DNA from: a virus
Taxonomy: Duplodnaviria; Caudoviricetes
Direction: 5' to 3' (one strand)
Length of the DNA stretch: 59,505 nucleotides
Virus record (IMG/VR): IMGVR_UViG_3300025141_000095
Location: 1 to 59,505 of that record
Under the pieces are notes generated by a model. It saw only the letters and a program-made list of their open reading frames with translations, made no database searches and was not told the DNA's origin. Below, one piece after another: positions 57,566 to 59,505 of the stretch. The stretch's first letter is position 1. Every line of letters begins with the position of its first letter. The position numbers were made by a program, and so were the translations under genes.

Positions 57566-58257
57566 TTGTTTTTAAATGCCTTATATTTTTTACGAAGCTT
57601 GTTCAAATTATTAACAACCTGTTTTGTGTTAAGGCCTGTAATCTCCCGTAAGTATAAGTAAATAGCTTTTTTATTAAAAATATCGATATCGTTTGATGAC
57701 TCAAATATAATTTTAACAGCCTCAAGAACTTTCTTTTCATTATCCTTGAGCATATCACCTTCCCAGCTGGCCAACTCAGCAAAAAAGCTATTCCAGAATT
57801 CTTGTTGTTCTCTTACTTCATCGTACTGTTTTTCTTTTGAAATCACCTCTTCATCGAGCTGATTAATCATGTCCTCAATAAAAATCTCTTTTTTATTGCG
57901 GCGCGCATTCTGTTTTACCTTGTGAATAAACCAGTTCTTTGTTACTACGCTGAAATAAGAGAAGGCCTTTGAGCCCTTGCTCGGATCGTATTTGTCTAAT
58001 ATAGTAGTGAGCCAAACCTTGCACTCCTGCCGCAAAGAATCTATATTGGGAAGCGTTGTAAATCGATAAGTAAATATTATCTTATTAACCATCTCATCAA
58101 AGGCCGGCCGGATAAACTCTATATATAATACAGTTCGTCTTTTATTACAAGTTATCTTGGCATATTCTATAATCGCATCTTCGTGTACTTGTGTGAAATA
58201 ATAATTTTTCTTTCTCTTACGCCTCTTGCGTTTCTTCTTCAACTGTACTTCTGTCAT
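57544..58257 (-). CDS. gp55: Late-transcription sigma factor, T4 gp55-like
   Basis: Region-2-like KYDPSKGSKAFSYFSVVTKNWFI, N-terminal NYYFT and a C-terminal HTH-like LREITGLNTKQV; heads the late block. Confidence 0.75.
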   Translation of the reverse strand: MTEVQLKKKRKRRKRKKNYYFTQVHEDAIIEYAKITCNKRRTVLYIEFIRPAFDEMVNKIIFTYRFTTLPNIDSLRQECKVWLTTILDKYDPSKGSKAFSYFSVVTKNWFIHKVKQNARRNKKEIFIEDMINQLDEEVISKEKQYDEVREQQEFWNSFFAELASWEGDMLKDNEKKVLEAVKIIFESSNDIDIFNKKAIYLYLREITGLNTKQVVNNLNKLRKKYKAFKNKWESGEI

Positions 58258-58558
58258 ATTTCATTTCCTCCTCTAGCGGCTCTATGTCTGTCGTGAGAGA
58301 ATATATATCTTCAAATCTTTCTAGCTCCTCTATGACCAGCTTCGTTTTGGTTATTAGCTCTTCAATTATTGGTTCGCCATAAAACATTTGCATATCATAT
58401 AAAGAAGTAATAAAGTCTTCAAACATACGAAATGCAATATATAAATCTCCAATATTATCTGATGTATAAAGGAGTTTCGATAATACGTTGCTGATATACC
58501 AAACTAAAAGTATGTTCAGTATCACCGAGCCAGTAAGAGCGAGTATAATCCACATCAT
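58217..58558 (-). CDS. Membrane-anchored hypothetical protein (113 aa)
   Basis: N-terminal TM WIILALTGSVILNILLVWYI followed by an acidic helical domain. Confidence 0.65.
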   Translation of the reverse strand: MMWIILALTGSVILNILLVWYISNVLSKLLYTSDNIGDLYIAFRMFEDFITSLYDMQMFYGEPIIEELITKTKLVIEELERFEDIYSLTTDIEPLEEEMKYDRSTVEEETQEA

Positions 58559-58800
58559 CGTTGCTTGTCAAGTTCCTCTTGCTGCTTTTTTAGTTCTTCG
58601 CGAGCCTCTTTGATAAAATCTTCTGTAACTTGGCCTATCTTATGGATTGCCTGCCTTTTTCCATAAGACGGCCTAGTTAAAAGCTTAGTTAAAGTATCAG
58701 TACTGTCGCACTCTTTACACTCCTCCAGCACATCATCTGCGGAATGCATTGTCAAGAACTCAACGCCGCACGCACTACAACTGTAAGCATAACGTGGCAT
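58555..58800 (-). CDS. FmdB-family zinc ribbon protein
   Basis: MPRYAYSCSACG...F...CKECDS..L.KL pattern. Confidence 0.8.
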   Translation of the reverse strand: MPRYAYSCSACGVEFLTMHSADDVLEECKECDSTDTLTKLLTRPSYGKRQAIHKIGQVTEDFIKEAREELKKQQEELDKQR

Positions 58801-59018
58801 TAGTTTTCTTCAGTCAACACTTCGTTAACAAAATCTGTTACATTATCCACTTCGGTATCCTCAAAACTAACCACGGGAGGGTTCGTCACGAATAAATTAC
58901 CATCACTATCAAGCTCCCATTCGGTTGCTTGTAAAAGTGGCACAATGTCTGTTTCCTCCATGAGACACTTCTGCAGTGTCATCATTAGTGCCCCTAGGGC
59001 TTGATTAGACAATTTCAT
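58800..59018 (-). CDS. Hypothetical protein (72 aa from likely start 59018)
   Basis: AGGAGAG SD before MKLSNQ; TAATG-coupled to the next gene. Confidence 0.6.
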   Translation of the reverse strand: MKLSNQALGALMMTLQKCLMEETDIVPLLQATEWELDSDGNLFVTNPPVVSFEDTEVDNVTDFVNEVLTEEN

Positions 59019-59062
59019 TTTTTCTCTCCTTTCTAAAACATCCATCGATGCCATTAAATATT

Positions 59063-59505
59063 CTAGCCATTTTTATTCACCTCTTCTAAATCTGCATCAT
59101 ACATCATGCCGGCCAATTCCTCAAAATCAACTGTAGGCTCCCAATTTAATTGGCTTTTTACTTTCGAAGTATCGCCCAATAAATAGGGAACTTCATGAGG
59201 CCTAAAATATCTTGCATCTATCTTCACATATTTATCCGGATTACCAAGGCCGGCGCGGTCAAACACGCATCCTAAAAACTCTCTAACTGTATGAGATTCG
59301 CCGGTAGCAATAACATAATCATCTGGCTTTTCTTGTTGAAGCATTAACCACATAGCTTCCACGTAATCCCCGGCAAAACCCCAATCACGTCGAGCATCCA
59401 GGTTTCCAAGGTACAATTCTTTCTGTAATCCAAGTTTAATTCGTGCGGCGGCCATAGTAATCTTGCGCGTCACAAAGGTTTCGCCGCGGCGAGGGGATTC
59501 GTGGT
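59063..59505 (-). CDS. gmd: GDP-mannose 4,6-dehydratase, C-terminal part (5' end outside the window)
   Basis: Frame is open to the edge: [16 protein letters not shown]...[35 protein letters not shown]...[12 protein letters not shown]. Confidence 0.95.
   Translation of the reverse strand, partial: HESPRRGETFVTRKITMAAARIKLGLQKELYLGNLDARRDWGFAGDYVEAMWLMLQQEKPDDYVIATGESHTVREFLGCVFDRAGLGNPDKYVKIDARYFRPHEVPYLLGDTSKVKSQLNWEPTVDFEELAGMMYDADLEEVNKNG

Noticed and set aside
1-59505. Specific host assignment (e.g. Bacteroidota because of bS21)
   Set aside because: bS21 alone is not diagnostic and clear SD use complicates the inference; it needs phylogeny or spacer matches.

Overview
This window is a co-oriented, all minus-strand, densely packed late/morphogenesis region of a large T4-related myophage, read in the standard genetic code. 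In transcription order (right to left) it holds: the 3' half of GDP-mannose 4,6-dehydratase; an FmdB-type zinc ribbon; a gp55-like late sigma factor; a baseplate block (tail lysozyme, HxH spike-like protein, 2164-aa protein, gp25, gp6, a 3360-aa LamG-containing protein and several accessory proteins); RuvC-like resolvase, primase and a fused Mre11-Rad50 (gp47-gp46) gene; a putative lysis trio; terminase, portal and prohead protease; candidate internal head proteins; ribosomal protein bS21; and two tail-fibre genes with shared and duplicated modules. No tRNA, rRNA, CRISPR array, intein or IS element was seen. Major capsid, sheath and tube genes were not recognised here. The most notable signals are: (i) a dense [S/T]-[G/A/S]-S tripeptide in a subset of virion proteins, next to a nucleotide-sugar gene (candidate virion glycosylation system); (ii) a 1048-aa membrane/Cys-repeat protein with a head-protein-like leader beside the protease; (iii) phage bS21 in a genome that uses Shine-Dalgarno sites; (iv) a late-promoter-like motif that is the reverse complement of the T4 late box. 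All calls are by-eye motif recognition; no database searches were run.
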